Positions 29,876 through 40,084 of a stretch of 64,000 nt of DNA are shown one piece after another. The notes beneath the pieces are model-generated. The model saw only the letters and a list, made by a program, of their open reading frames with translations. It was not told the DNA's origin and ran no database searches. Source of the DNA: an uncultured delta proteobacterium (lineage in GTDB: Bacteria; Myxococcota; Kuafuiibacteriia; Kuafuiibacteriales; Kuafuiibacteriaceae); assembly GCA_963803435.1 (NCBI GenBank), contig CAWDML010000012.1, positions 64,001-128,000 of the forward strand. Direction: 5' to 3'. Position numbers and translations under genes: made by a program. How positions within the stretch are numbered: position 1 is the first letter of the stretch; every line of letters starts with the position of its first letter.

Positions 29876-31065
29876 CCCCTCCGACGTTGTTCCAAATGCC
29901 TCACCACCTGATCAAGGACGAACTGCGCCACCTCGTCCTTTCCGGCAGGACCGAAGGCGTTTTCGGTCTTGGCGTCGACCGCGACCACCGCGGTCTCACC
30001 CGCTCCAAACCCGCGCGACTTCCCGACCAGGTTCGCGATCACGAGATCGCACCCCTTCCGCTTCAGCTTCTCCCGTGCGTTCGGGATCAGGTCGGCCGTC
30101 TCGGCCGCGAAGCCGACACGGACCGCGCCCTTCTTGGCGCGCCTCGCCAGCGCGGTCAGCACGTCGGGATTCTCGACCAGGAGGAGCGAGGACGCCGCAG
30201 GGTCGCTCCGCTTGAGCTTCTCGCGACGTGGATCGAGCGGACGATAGTCGCTGACGGCGGCGGCCGCGATCAGGACGTCTTGATCCGCGATCCGCGCGAC
30301 GGCGGCGTCGAGCATCTGCTGTGCGGTCTCCACGCGCACGACCTCGACGGCGGGCGGAGGAAGGTGCGTGGGGCCGAGGATCATCGTCACGCGGGCGCCT
30401 CGCAGCTTCGCCGCCCGCGCGATCGCGATCCCCATCGAGCCGGTGGAGCGATTCGTGAGCACCCGGACCGGATCGATCACCTCCCAGGTCGGACCGGCGG
30501 TGATCAACACGTCGACGCCGACCATGTCCTTCGGATGGAGCCGCGCAAAGGCAGCCTCGACAACCTCCTCGGGCTCGATCATCCGCCCGGCGCCGCTGCG
30601 CCCGGAGGCCAGCGGCCCCTCGACGGGCCCGACGAGCTCGACGCCGCGGGCGGCCAGGCGGGCCACGTTCTCGCGCGTGGCCGCGTTCTCCCACATCCCG
30701 GTCTCCATCGCGGGCGCAATGAGGATGGGGGCGCGCGTCGCCAGGACGGTGGCGGTGATCGGATCGTCGGCGAGCCCGCACGCGACCTTCGCGATGGTGT
30801 TCGCCGAGGCGGGCGCGATCACGACGAGATCGACCTCGTGCGCGCGCTCGACGTGCTGGATCTGGTCCGAGGCTGCGAAGAGATCGGACAGGACCGGAGT
30901 CCCAGTGATCGACTGAAACGTCAGCGGGGTGACGAATGCCTGCGCGGCACGCGTCAACGCAACTTGCACGTGCGCGCCGCGTTTGGACATGAGCCGCGCG
31001 ATCTCCACGGCTTTGTAGGCGGCGATGCTCCCGGTGACACCGAGAAGGATTCGCGGGCGCTCCAT
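29872..31065 (-). CDS. coaBC: Bifunctional phosphopantothenoylcysteine decarboxylase/synthetase
   Basis: [44 protein letters not shown] and GFAAET. Confidence 0.96.
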   Translation of the reverse strand: MERPRILLGVTGSIAAYKAVEIARLMSKRGAHVQVALTRAAQAFVTPLTFQSITGTPVLSDLFAASDQIQHVERAHEVDLVVIAPASANTIAKVACGLADDPITATVLATRAPILIAPAMETGMWENAATRENVARLAARGVELVGPVEGPLASGRSGAGRMIEPEEVVEAAFARLHPKDMVGVDVLITAGPTWEVIDPVRVLTNRSTGSMGIAIARAAKLRGARVTMILGPTHLPPPAVEVVRVETAQQMLDAAVARIADQDVLIAAAAVSDYRPLDPRREKLKRSDPAASSLLLVENPDVLTALARRAKKGAVRVGFAAETADLIPNAREKLKRKGCDLVIANLVGKSRGFGAGETAVVAVDAKTENAFGPAGKDEVAQFVLDQVVRHLEQRRRG

Positions 31066-31106
31066 CGACGACGCCTAGAATCCCCCGATGAGAACCGCCT
31101 CGTCAC

Positions 31107-31120
31107 GTGATTCAAATCAC
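31107..31120. promoter_or_regulatory. CRP/FNR-like palindrome GTGAT-TCAA-ATCAC
   Basis: Perfect inverted repeat (GTGA-N6-TCAC) in the AT-richer divergent intergenic region. Confidence 0.45.
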
Positions 31121-31210
31121 CGGTGGCGAACAAGAACACGCCAAACTTTGGAGCTCGTGTCGACAGCCCGACCGAAGGGCGCTAGTTGTGGGGGTATCGC
31201 GTTGGTCGTG

Positions 31211-32323
31211 GTGGACCGGATCGCATCGCTGAGCCCCGAACACCGGCGGGGAATTGATCGGTTCCGGCGCCGAATCGTGGAGTTCGTCGCAGGCGGGCTT
31301 CTGTCCCGGGCGCAGGGCGACATCATCGTCGAGCACCTCATTCGCCTGGGTGAGCGGGGCCGCAACCCGGCCAATACCGGCAACATCGAGGACCTCTTCT
31401 GCTACACGCTCACGGACACCGGAGACCCGATCCGGGCGTTCGCCCAGGCGTTGGCCGACTCGGTGAAGGTGGTCCCAATGGAGGAGGACGCCAAGCTGCG
31501 CCCCGTGATGCGGCGGCCCGACGGCTCCCGCTGGTATCGGCGCGTCCGCGACTTCGATCATCTCAGCCCGGGCGACAAGATGCTGGTGACGCACACCATG
31601 GTCGCCTACGGCGACAAGGAGATGTGGGCGTCCGCGGCGAGCCTCATCCGCGCGTCCCATCCTTCGTACGGCGAGCGCGAGATCCATCGCGAAGTGGCAC
31701 GCATGGCCGTGCAGTCGCAGCACCTCCCGAGCTCGACGTTCGTGCTGGCGCGGGCCCGCGGTCTCACCATCGACTGCGAGGAGCTCTACCGCGAGGCCGA
31801 GTACACCGCCGCGCAGGTCGCGGACGCACAGGCCTTCTACGACGTCTGCGCCGAGTTCGACCCGGAGTGGGCCGAGAAGCACTTCCTGTTCGGCAACATC
31901 CCCGACTCGAACGAATGGTTCCACTGGCGGAGCCGCTACCTGGATCTGCGCGCCCGCCTGCCGGCCGAGCTCATCTATCAGCTCTCGAGCGACACGCTGA
32001 CGAACTTCCTCGACGGCACGCTCGAATCCGGAAAGTGGACCGACGCCTCCGTCTTCTTCGGCGGCGTCAGCGATCCCACGCAAATTCCGGCGCACCTCGC
32101 CCGGATCGTGAACCAGTACATCGCCGAGCACGTGGCGCTGCACGATCGGCCGGCCAAGGAGCTGACGATCGCCTGCGCCGAGCCGCTCCGTCCCTGGGGG
32201 ATCGGCTTCAAGAACGATCGGGCCGTGGTGCTGGAGAAGGCGCCGGAGAAGGCGGATCGGCTGAAGGCGCAGTTCGACGCGGCCTGGGCCCAGAAGACCT
32301 TGCTCGATCGCGCGCGGAAGTAG
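31211..32323 (+). CDS. Hypothetical cytoplasmic protein
   Basis: Long ORF with strong GC3 bias and no recognised motif; start uncertain (ORF opens at 31088). Confidence 0.75.
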   Translation: MDRIASLSPEHRRGIDRFRRRIVEFVAGGLLSRAQGDIIVEHLIRLGERGRNPANTGNIEDLFCYTLTDTGDPIRAFAQALADSVKVVPMEEDAKLRPVMRRPDGSRWYRRVRDFDHLSPGDKMLVTHTMVAYGDKEMWASAASLIRASHPSYGEREIHREVARMAVQSQHLPSSTFVLARARGLTIDCEELYREAEYTAAQVADAQAFYDVCAEFDPEWAEKHFLFGNIPDSNEWFHWRSRYLDLRARLPAELIYQLSSDTLTNFLDGTLESGKWTDASVFFGGVSDPTQIPAHLARIVNQYIAEHVALHDRPAKELTIACAEPLRPWGIGFKNDRAVVLEKAPEKADRLKAQFDAAWAQKTLLDRARK

Positions 32324-32349
32324 CGCTTCGTGGTATGTGAGCGAGCGTC

Positions 32350-34909
32350 GTGAACGATCGCTCGCCGAACCTCTCCGCGTCCCTCGCTCACGTCATCCGC
32401 GAAGCCGAAGACATCGCGAACGCCACCAAGCAGTCCCCGAGCAGCGCTCACGTCCTGCTCGCGTTCTTCACGTCGCGCAACCAGGCAGAGCGGTTCCTGC
32501 GCGACCGTGGGATCGGCGAGGACCAGATCATCGACGTGATCGACCCGAAGAAGGCGAAGGAGCCGAAGACCGCCGTCAGGGAGATCTTCGAGCGGGCCGC
32601 GCAAGTGGCGGCCGGCTGCGGCACCATGGAGGTCAACTGTCTCCACGTGCTGGTGGCGATGACCCGCGTTCGGGAGTCGCTCGCGTTCAGGCTGCTCGAG
32701 GCGACCGGTGAGACGGTCGGCAACCTCAGAACGCGCGCGCTCAACATCCTGACCGGCGCGGTGCCGCGCTGGCTCGACACGCGGGAGCCGCAGCCGAAGG
32801 ACGGCACGGTCGATGTGGCGCTGGCGAGCTCGCTGCCAAGCCGGGAGCAGGTGCGGCGCGCGAAGGAAGCAGCGCCCCGCCGCGCGGCGATGAGCTGGAC
32901 GCCGCCGCTCATCACGAAGCCGAAGGCAAAAGCGAAGGCGAAGGAGCCACCGCCACCGCCACCGCCGGCCGGGGTCGAGGCCAAGCCGGCGCCTGCAGCC
33001 AAGGAGTCCGCGCCCGTGCGCGCGCCGGCTCCAGCACCGGCACCCGCTACCGCGAAGACCCGATCGCGGTGGACGCTCGATCCGGACTCCTATCCGTGGC
33101 TGACCTCGCTGGGCCGGAACCTCAGCCTGGAGGCGGCCTCCGGCGCGCTCGATCGACTGGTCGGGCGCGAGCACGAGGTCGAGACGCTGATCGACATCCT
33201 GGGGAAGCGACGGGCGAACAACCCCGTGCTGATCGGCGAGCCGGGCGTCGGCAAGACCGCGGTGGTCGAAGGCCTGGCGCAGCGGCTGGCCAAGAATCCC
33301 CCGACCGAGCGGCTGAGCGAGAAGATCGTGATCGGGCTGGACGTGGGCGCCCTCCTGGTCGGCACGCACCTGCGCGGATCGTTCTCGGAGAAGCTGCAGG
33401 GGATCAAGGAGGAGGTGAAGCAGTCCGACGGCCGCGTCATCGTCTTCTTCGACGAGCTCCACACGCTGGTGGGCGCCGGCTCGACCGGCGACGGTCCGCT
33501 CGACGCCGCCGACGAGCTGAAGTCCGCGCTGGCCCGTGGCGACTTCCCGTGCATCGGCGCTACCACCTGCGACGAGTATGTGCGGCACATCGAGCAGAAC
33601 GCGGCGCTGAAGCGACGGTTCGTCCCGGTGATGATCCCCGAGCCCTCGCAGGACGAAGCGGTCGAGATGATCACGCAGATCATGCCCACGTACGCCGAGC
33701 ATCACGGCGTGACCTACGACCGGGAGGGGATTCGAGGCGGCCGTGATCCTGTCGGCGCGCTACATGACGGACCGTCACCTCCCGGACAAGGCCATCGCGC
33801 TGCTCGATCTGGCCGGCTCGCGCACCGCGCGGTCGCGGGCCCACGTGGTCGGCCGAGACGCGGTGGCGAAGATCGTCTCGGAGCGGACCGACCTCCCGGT
33901 GGAGCGTCTGCTCGGATCGGATCGCGAGCGACTCCTGCACCTGGAGTCGCTGCTAGGGCGGGAGATTGTCGGCCACCACCGACAGCTGGCCCGCATCGCG
34001 GAGGTGGTGCGCCGCAACGCCGCCGGCTTCTCGAGCCGACGACCCCAGGGCTCGTTCCTGTTCGTGGGGCCCACGGGCGTCGGGAAGACAGAGACGGCCA
34101 AGGCGCTCGCCAAGGTCCTGCACGGGAACGAGGACAGCATGATCCGCTTCGATCTCTCCGAGTTCTCGGAGGCCCACGCGGTGGCGCGGCTGGTCGGGGC
34201 GCCGCCCGGCTACGTAGGCTACGACGCCGGCGGACAGCTGACCGAGGCAGTCCGCCGAAAGCCCGGGCGCGCGATCCTCTTCGACGAGATCGAGAAGGCG
34301 CACCGCGACGTCCTGCAACTCCTCCTGCAGATCCTGGACGAGGGCCGGCTGACCGACGGCCACGGTCGCACTGTCGGATTCGCCGAGGCGATCGTGATCA
34401 TGACCTCCAACCTCGGCGCGGACACAACCGGGCTCAAGCGCTCGATCGGCTTCTCGGACGGCGGCAAGAAGGCGCTGGCCGAGGAGCGGCGCAAGTACGA
34501 CGAGGAGGTCCTGGAGCGCGCGCGCAAGAAGCTGTCTCCGGAGCTCTGGGCCCGCATCGAGGAGCGCCTGGTCTTCGCCCCCCTCCAGCGGTCGGAGGTG
34601 AAGCAGATCGCGGTCCTGCTGTCCGTGGAGTCGAGCCGGCGGCTCACTCGCGAACGCGGGATCACGTACGAGCTGGACGAGGACGCGATCGAGTTCCTCC
34701 TCGATCAAGGCGGCTTCGACCTGGCGCTGGGTGCGCGGCCGATGCGACAGATCCTCCAGCGCATCGTGGAGGCCCCCATCGCTGCTCGGATCCTGGAGGG
34801 GCGGCTCCACGCGGACGAGCATGTGATCGTGTCGACGCGCGCCAACGGCGGCCTGGCGTTTCTCGTCGGCGAAGATCGCACCTCCCTCAGCCAGCGGCCT
34901 TCGCTGTAG
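32350..34909 (+). CDS. ClpA/ClpC-like AAA+ ATPase with a +1 frameshift at about 33731
   Basis: Clp N-domain; NBD1 GEPGVGKT and DELH; NBD2 GPTGVGKT, GAPPGYVGY and DEIEKAH; IGF loop. Deleting one T joins ...DREGIEAAVILSARYMTDRHLPDKAI. Confidence 0.9.
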
Positions 34910-34995
34910 CTGCGCCGTGCGCTGAGGGCGCCCGAAGGTCGGCATCACCCGAGCGGGTGATGGCCGAAAGGACAGGCTTCCCGCAGATCTCATGA

Positions 34996-37095
34996 ATGCG
35001 AGCGCTCTGTCCCATCCTTTTCGCGTCCGCGACGAGCGCGTGCATCCCCTCCATCCGCGACACCTTCAAGGATATCAACTACCCCGAGACCGGGGCGGTC
35101 TGCGCGCCGCCACCGGCCGCGGAGGTCGAAGAGAGGACGCTGTACGCCACGCTGGCGCCGGTGCTCGAGGTGGGCTTCGACGACGCGCCCCTCGCCGCAG
35201 ACTGCATGAGCGCAATGCTCGCCGACCGAGCCCGCGTCGACCTCCTGCGCGCCTTCGGACAGTGCCTCGCAGCGACCAGCGGCGCCGGTCCGGCGATCTG
35301 CGGGGCCAAGGACGCGCTCAGCGACTGTGCCGCGCAGAGCTTTCCGCTCCTCACCTGCGAGTGCAACAGCAGCAAGAGGACCTGCACGTTCGACGGACCT
35401 CCGGATTGTGCGGCGTTGAACGACTCCGATCGAGCGACCGCGCTGCTGGCGCTCGCGCAGCTCGGCGAGGCGTTGGCGTACTTCGAGCTCATGCACTTCG
35501 GCCCGCAGTTCGAGCCCGAAGGAACGAGCGCGCTCGATCGACCGATGAGCGACGAGACCTGGACACGCGTCGAGAAGGTCTCGAGCGCGGCGTTGAAGGT
35601 CCTGCGCTGCGACGGCTCCAATACCGCCTCCTCGTGTGCCACTGCGCGAAGCGGCACCCCGGCGGCGCCTCCGGTCATTCCGGCCTCGCTCGCGCTGAGC
35701 GGTGGCTCGGCGAACGGCGCGTTCACCGCCGGCTACCTGTACGAGCTGCTGCTGGCGCGCGAGCACGCGATCGCACACGCCGACGAGCCCAGGAGGAGAG
35801 CGCTCGACCATCAACGGATCGCAGCGGTCACGGGCACCAGCGTGGGTGCGCTGATCGCGCCGATCGTCGATCTCTACTTCGTCGAGCAGCCACCGAACGC
35901 GGAGGCCTCCGGCTGGTGCGAGAAGACGACCAAGCTGACGGATCGCGATCCCCCGGCGCCCCGGGACTGCTCGGATGATCCTGGCGCGGACTGCGACGAG
36001 ATCCCGCCGGCGGGAACCCGCCCGGCGCAGCGCTGCGCGCTACGGATGCTCCGCAAGTACTTCACGGACGTGACCGAGAAGGATCTCCTCTGCCTCAACG
36101 ACGGCAACGTCGGCGATTTCATCAACGGTCCCCTCACGTCGCTGGGCGCGTTCGAGCCCCTGGAGAGGCAGATGGTGTCGCCGTTCTCGGAGAAGTTCGC
36201 CGCGGTGCTCACGACGAACGACGTCGTGCGCGTGGTGATGTCCGCCGACGTCACCACCAACACGATCATCGGCCTCGACGAGCGTGTGTGCCGGAGCGCG
36301 CCCGATCCGGGCGAATGCCTCGCGCGGGGCGTGCTGGCTTCGATCCCGAACCCCCTCTTCGCTCGGGGTGAGAAGGTCGTGTTCGGCGGACTCGATGAGC
36401 AGGGCGAGAAAGGCCACTGGCTCGACGGCGGTCTTCGGTCGGGGGCCCCGGCACTGCGGGCGATGATGCTGACCCGGGCTCGGTACGGCGTGGAGAGGTC
36501 GGGTCGCGTCCTCGTGATCAGCACCGAGCGCTCCGAGGGGCTGGCCGCGCCCGATCCGAGCAGCGGCATGGAGGACGCGCTCTACTCGCTGGGGGCGCTC
36601 GTCCATCAGATGCACCACTGGGAGACCGCCTATGCGAACCTCTACCGTAACCAGCGCGACGGGCGGATCCGCTTCTTCGAGAGCGTGGTGCTCGGACACG
36701 ACGTCGAAGGCTTGAGCGTTGCGAGCCCCGGTGCCGGCTTCGGATCGCTCTATGCGGTCTTCGTGCCCGCCTCCCTGGAGCCTCGGCGATTGGCGGCGGC
36801 AGCCTACCAGTTCGATCCGCTGATGATGCGAGGCCTGTTTCTCTGGGGCCAACGGATCGCGCTCGATCAGATGCGCGACACGAAACGGGGCATCCTCGAC
36901 TTCCTCGGCTGGGTGAGCGTCAAGGACGCCGGCTACCTCTCTCAGCGAAGGCGGGCGTGGGATGCTCGATTCGACGCCTACCGGTCGGAGTTCGAGAGGG
37001 TCGAGGCCGACTGGAGCGGTCACGTGCGCGAGCGGCGTCATGAGATCGACGGCATGGAGCGATGCAACGGACAGGATCGGTGTGCTCGACCATGA
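34996..37095 (+). CDS. Patatin-like phospholipase lipoprotein with Cys-rich inserts
   Basis: Lipobox-like TSAC; LSGGSANG, GTSVG and DGG motifs. Confidence 0.85.
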   Translation: MRALCPILFASATSACIPSIRDTFKDINYPETGAVCAPPPAAEVEERTLYATLAPVLEVGFDDAPLAADCMSAMLADRARVDLLRAFGQCLAATSGAGPAICGAKDALSDCAAQSFPLLTCECNSSKRTCTFDGPPDCAALNDSDRATALLALAQLGEALAYFELMHFGPQFEPEGTSALDRPMSDETWTRVEKVSSAALKVLRCDGSNTASSCATARSGTPAAPPVIPASLALSGGSANGAFTAGYLYELLLAREHAIAHADEPRRRALDHQRIAAVTGTSVGALIAPIVDLYFVEQPPNAEASGWCEKTTKLTDRDPPAPRDCSDDPGADCDEIPPAGTRPAQRCALRMLRKYFTDVTEKDLLCLNDGNVGDFINGPLTSLGAFEPLERQMVSPFSEKFAAVLTTNDVVRVVMSADVTTNTIIGLDERVCRSAPDPGECLARGVLASIPNPLFARGEKVVFGGLDEQGEKGHWLDGGLRSGAPALRAMMLTRARYGVERSGRVLVISTERSEGLAAPDPSSGMEDALYSLGALVHQMHHWETAYANLYRNQRDGRIRFFESVVLGHDVEGLSVASPGAGFGSLYAVFVPASLEPRRLAAAAYQFDPLMMRGLFLWGQRIALDQMRDTKRGILDFLGWVSVKDAGYLSQRRRAWDARFDAYRSEFERVEADWSGHVRERRHEIDGMERCNGQDRCARP

Positions 37096-37712
37096 TCTCG
37101 CTCGGTATGGGTAGGGAAGCGCGACACGCGAGCTCGAGCGAAGCGGGCTCGACGACCTTGGTGATGAGCGCAGGCCCGCGCGTGGTCGGGATCAGCTGCA
37201 GCCATGTGCTCGCTCCCGTGGATATGTATCCGGTCGAGGGAGATAGTTGCGTCTTCGACGGTCATACCTTCTCGAACAGCCTGGTGGCCTGGACCGAGAT
37301 GACGCTGCCGAGGGATGTCTCTGCCGACGTCGCGGTGGCCGACGTGGGGGCCGTCCCGCCGACCTCCGCCTGGCCAGACGGAGTCCCCTTCGCGGGGGGC
37401 GCTCCCTCTGATCCCGCCAACGGCCCCTTTCGGATCTTCGGCCTTCGGAGCACCGGGGCGGCCGATGCGGGCGGTGCTCCTCGAACCGTGACGCTCACGG
37501 TCGATGGTGTCGGGCCCAGGAACTACCTCGAGCACTTTCTGCTGCCGATCCCGATCTCGCAGGGCGACTCCGGCGCGCCCGTTCGAGACGGAGGCGGGGC
37601 GATCGTGGGGATGGTGGTGGCGATGGACCGACCGACGCTGGGGGCCTGGTGCACGCCCTGGACGGCCGTCACCGCCGCGATCGTCGCCCTCCTCGGACTG
37701 CCGGGGGAGTGA
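37092..37712 (+). CDS. Trypsin-like (S1) serine protease
   Basis: SCSHVL (His), DVAVA (Asp) and QGDSGAP (Ser); ATGA overlap with the patatin stop. Confidence 0.7.
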   Translation: MISLGMGREARHASSSEAGSTTLVMSAGPRVVGISCSHVLAPVDMYPVEGDSCVFDGHTFSNSLVAWTEMTLPRDVSADVAVADVGAVPPTSAWPDGVPFAGGAPSDPANGPFRIFGLRSTGAADAGGAPRTVTLTVDGVGPRNYLEHFLLPIPISQGDSGAPVRDGGGAIVGMVVAMDRPTLGAWCTPWTAVTAAIVALLGLPGE

Positions 37713-37901
37713 GGGCACGCCCTATCCGCCCGCCGACGGGTTCGACGTACCGGTCCCCGGGGTGGTCCGCGCCGCTCCGATGGTCGTGCTGATGTGAGCG
37801 TCCGATCCCGTCCGGACAGTGCGCGGACTGTTCCCGGGCGCCCCCTGCGCGCTCCCGTCGTGCGGCGCTTCATGGACCCGAACTTGCCAGCGAGCGGTGG
37901 T

Positions 37902-39806
37902 ATGAGAATCTCACTCCTCGCCCTGGCAGCGATCGCGTTCACGCCGCAGGCCGCGTTCGCTCACTATCAACTGCGGGTCACCTCCAACTTCGACGATCGC
38001 ACGCTCCTCCAGAGCACGCTCAACACGCTCACCTCCGGACACGTCGACATCGACGACGCCTGCGCGGGCCCTGGCGGTGAATGGATGATCGTCGCGAACG
38101 ACCAGATCTATCACAGCGCCAGCGTCCCCGGCTCGATGGTGAGCCGCGTTCAGCAGTACATCGACAGCGGTCGGACCATCGATGCGATCGCCATCGGCCC
38201 CAACGGCAGCTGGGTCGTCGCGGCCGACGACTGGTTCTTCCGCGGTCCGAACGTCCCCATGGGTCAGACGCTCCAGGACGTGGTGAAGGCCCGGCAGAAC
38301 GCGGGACATCGAATCGACGAGATCGTCTTCACGCCCGCCGGCGGCTTCGTGGTCCTCTCCGAGGGGTACTACAACGGCCACAGCGTCCCGAGCGGGCTCT
38401 GGGACGCCATCAAGGACACCGACCACAGCAAGCGACGCCCCCGGCGGATCGCGATCGGCGCCGACGGCCGCTGGCTGCTCCTCGCGGAGCAATGGTTCGC
38501 GGGCGGAGGCCTCAGCAGCTTCGAGCGGGGCAACCTCGAGAGCTGGGAGCGCATCGAGCGCAGCATCGATCACGTGGTCCTCGGGGTCGGGAACGACTAC
38601 GTCTACTACTCGCACCACCAGCCCGTGCTGAAGCCGGCCGCGCCGCTGGTGGACCTCGAATATTCGCTCGACGCCGGCGGCGCCACCAAGAACATCTGGG
38701 AGCGGCTCGACGAGCTCGACGTCCCCGGTGTCAGCATCGCCGTCATCGACGACAAGCAGGTGCGCTGGGCCCGCGGCTACGGCGAGCTCGAGGCCGGCAG
38801 CGAGCGCTGGGTGCGCACCTCCTCGCCGTACTCGATGGCGTCGATGTCGAAGTACATCACCGCGCTGACCACGCTGCGCAAGGTACACGACGGCTCCCTC
38901 TCGCTCGCCTCCGACGCCCGCGTGATGGCGGATCAGAGCTACCCGCTGATGGCCTGGTGGCAGGGCCTGGGCCAGACCAGCAGCTACTACGGGACGGTGC
39001 TGCCGTACGGCGTCAACGTCCGCAGGCTCCTCTCTCACACGGCCGCGATGAACAACAACAGCACGAACGACGGCTGGGGCGGCATGATCGACGGCCCCGA
39101 GGTGTCGACCCTCTCCATCCTGCTCGGCTACGGCTGCGACGGCGCCTGTGCGTTCAACACCAAGCGGGTGTGGCACGACCCGGCGCTCGGTCTCCCCGGC
39201 GCCGCCTACTCGTATTCGAATGCGGGCTTCGAGGTCATCCGCGCCATGCTCGAGGACATCGAGGGCGTCGAGTACGAGGACCTGGCGCAGGCGGAGGTCC
39301 TCGACCCGCTCGGCATGACCAACAGCACCTTCCAGCAGCCTCTGACCGCCAGCTTCGACGCGCGCTCCGCCCCGCCGCTCGACGCCGCCGGCAACGCCAT
39401 GCCGCGCCAGAGCTACCAGTGGATCGCCGGCGGCGGCCTCTACGCCACGCCAGAGGATTATGCGAAGGCCATGCTGGTGTTGATCGACCTGGCGAACACG
39501 CACTCGGCCGGATACCTCGCCGCCGCTCAGACCGACGCGATGCTGACGGACCAGAAGGCGGGCGACTCGGCGAAGTACGGCTTCGGGATCCAGCTCAGCG
39601 CCGCGCAGGTCACCGCGACCTCCGGCCGCTTCGCGCACGGCGGATACATCCCCAACTATTCGTGGGCCCGCATGGTGGGCTCGCCGGTGGACGGGGTCGG
39701 TGTGGTGATCGTGACCAACGCGACCGGCGCCAACGGCCAGAGCCTGGTCTGCGAGATCGAGGCCGCGTTCCGCGCCCAGTACGGCTATCCGGTCCCGAGC
39801 TGCTGA
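37902..39806 (+). CDS. Secreted serine hydrolase (class C beta-lactamase-like) with N-terminal tandem repeats
   Basis: Signal peptide ending AFA; SMSK (SxxK), LLSHTA, YSN and HGG. Confidence 0.88.
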   Translation: MRISLLALAAIAFTPQAAFAHYQLRVTSNFDDRTLLQSTLNTLTSGHVDIDDACAGPGGEWMIVANDQIYHSASVPGSMVSRVQQYIDSGRTIDAIAIGPNGSWVVAADDWFFRGPNVPMGQTLQDVVKARQNAGHRIDEIVFTPAGGFVVLSEGYYNGHSVPSGLWDAIKDTDHSKRRPRRIAIGADGRWLLLAEQWFAGGGLSSFERGNLESWERIERSIDHVVLGVGNDYVYYSHHQPVLKPAAPLVDLEYSLDAGGATKNIWERLDELDVPGVSIAVIDDKQVRWARGYGELEAGSERWVRTSSPYSMASMSKYITALTTLRKVHDGSLSLASDARVMADQSYPLMAWWQGLGQTSSYYGTVLPYGVNVRRLLSHTAAMNNNSTNDGWGGMIDGPEVSTLSILLGYGCDGACAFNTKRVWHDPALGLPGAAYSYSNAGFEVIRAMLEDIEGVEYEDLAQAEVLDPLGMTNSTFQQPLTASFDARSAPPLDAAGNAMPRQSYQWIAGGGLYATPEDYAKAMLVLIDLANTHSAGYLAAAQTDAMLTDQKAGDSAKYGFGIQLSAAQVTATSGRFAHGGYIPNYSWARMVGSPVDGVGVVIVTNATGANGQSLVCEIEAAFRAQYGYPVPSC

Positions 39807-39820
39807 GAGGAGAGGAGACG

Positions 39821-40015
39821 ATGATGATGAAGTGGATGTTGCTGCTCGCGCTCGCCCTGTCACCGCTGGCCTGCGGAGGGCCGGACGATCCCGCGGACGG
39901 GAGCGACACGCGCGCCTCGGTGGAGATCCGAGCCCCCGCCCGGACCCGCGCGCCGATCACCGACCCCGGGTTCGCAGCCGAGACGCGGCCGGAGCCCGGG
40001 GATTCGGAAGGCTGA
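39821..40015 (+). CDS. Small hypothetical lipoprotein
   Basis: Strong AGGAG RBS; MMMKWMLLLALALSPLAC lipobox. Confidence 0.6.
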   Translation: MMMKWMLLLALALSPLACGGPDDPADGSDTRASVEIRAPARTRAPITDPGFAAETRPEPGDSEG

Positions 40016-40084
40016 CCGGGCCTCTCCATGTAGTCCTGCGGAGGATTGCGCCCGCCATCGGAGCGTTGGAGAGTAGAGGCTCCC

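Noticed and set aside
33721-33740. Programmed ribosomal frameshifting at the clp break (and the other breaks)
   Set aside because: There is no slippery heptamer, the affected genes are unrelated, and a shared GATTC context explains them more simply.
34920-34980. Hammerhead-ribozyme resemblance (CTGAG..., TGATGGCCGAAAGG)
   Set aside because: The CUGANGA core is incomplete and stems I/III cannot be formed.
33732-34995. C-terminal half of the 881-aa ORF 32350-34995
   Set aside because: It is an out-of-frame read-through after the +1 insertion. The real NBD2 is in ORF 33743-34909.
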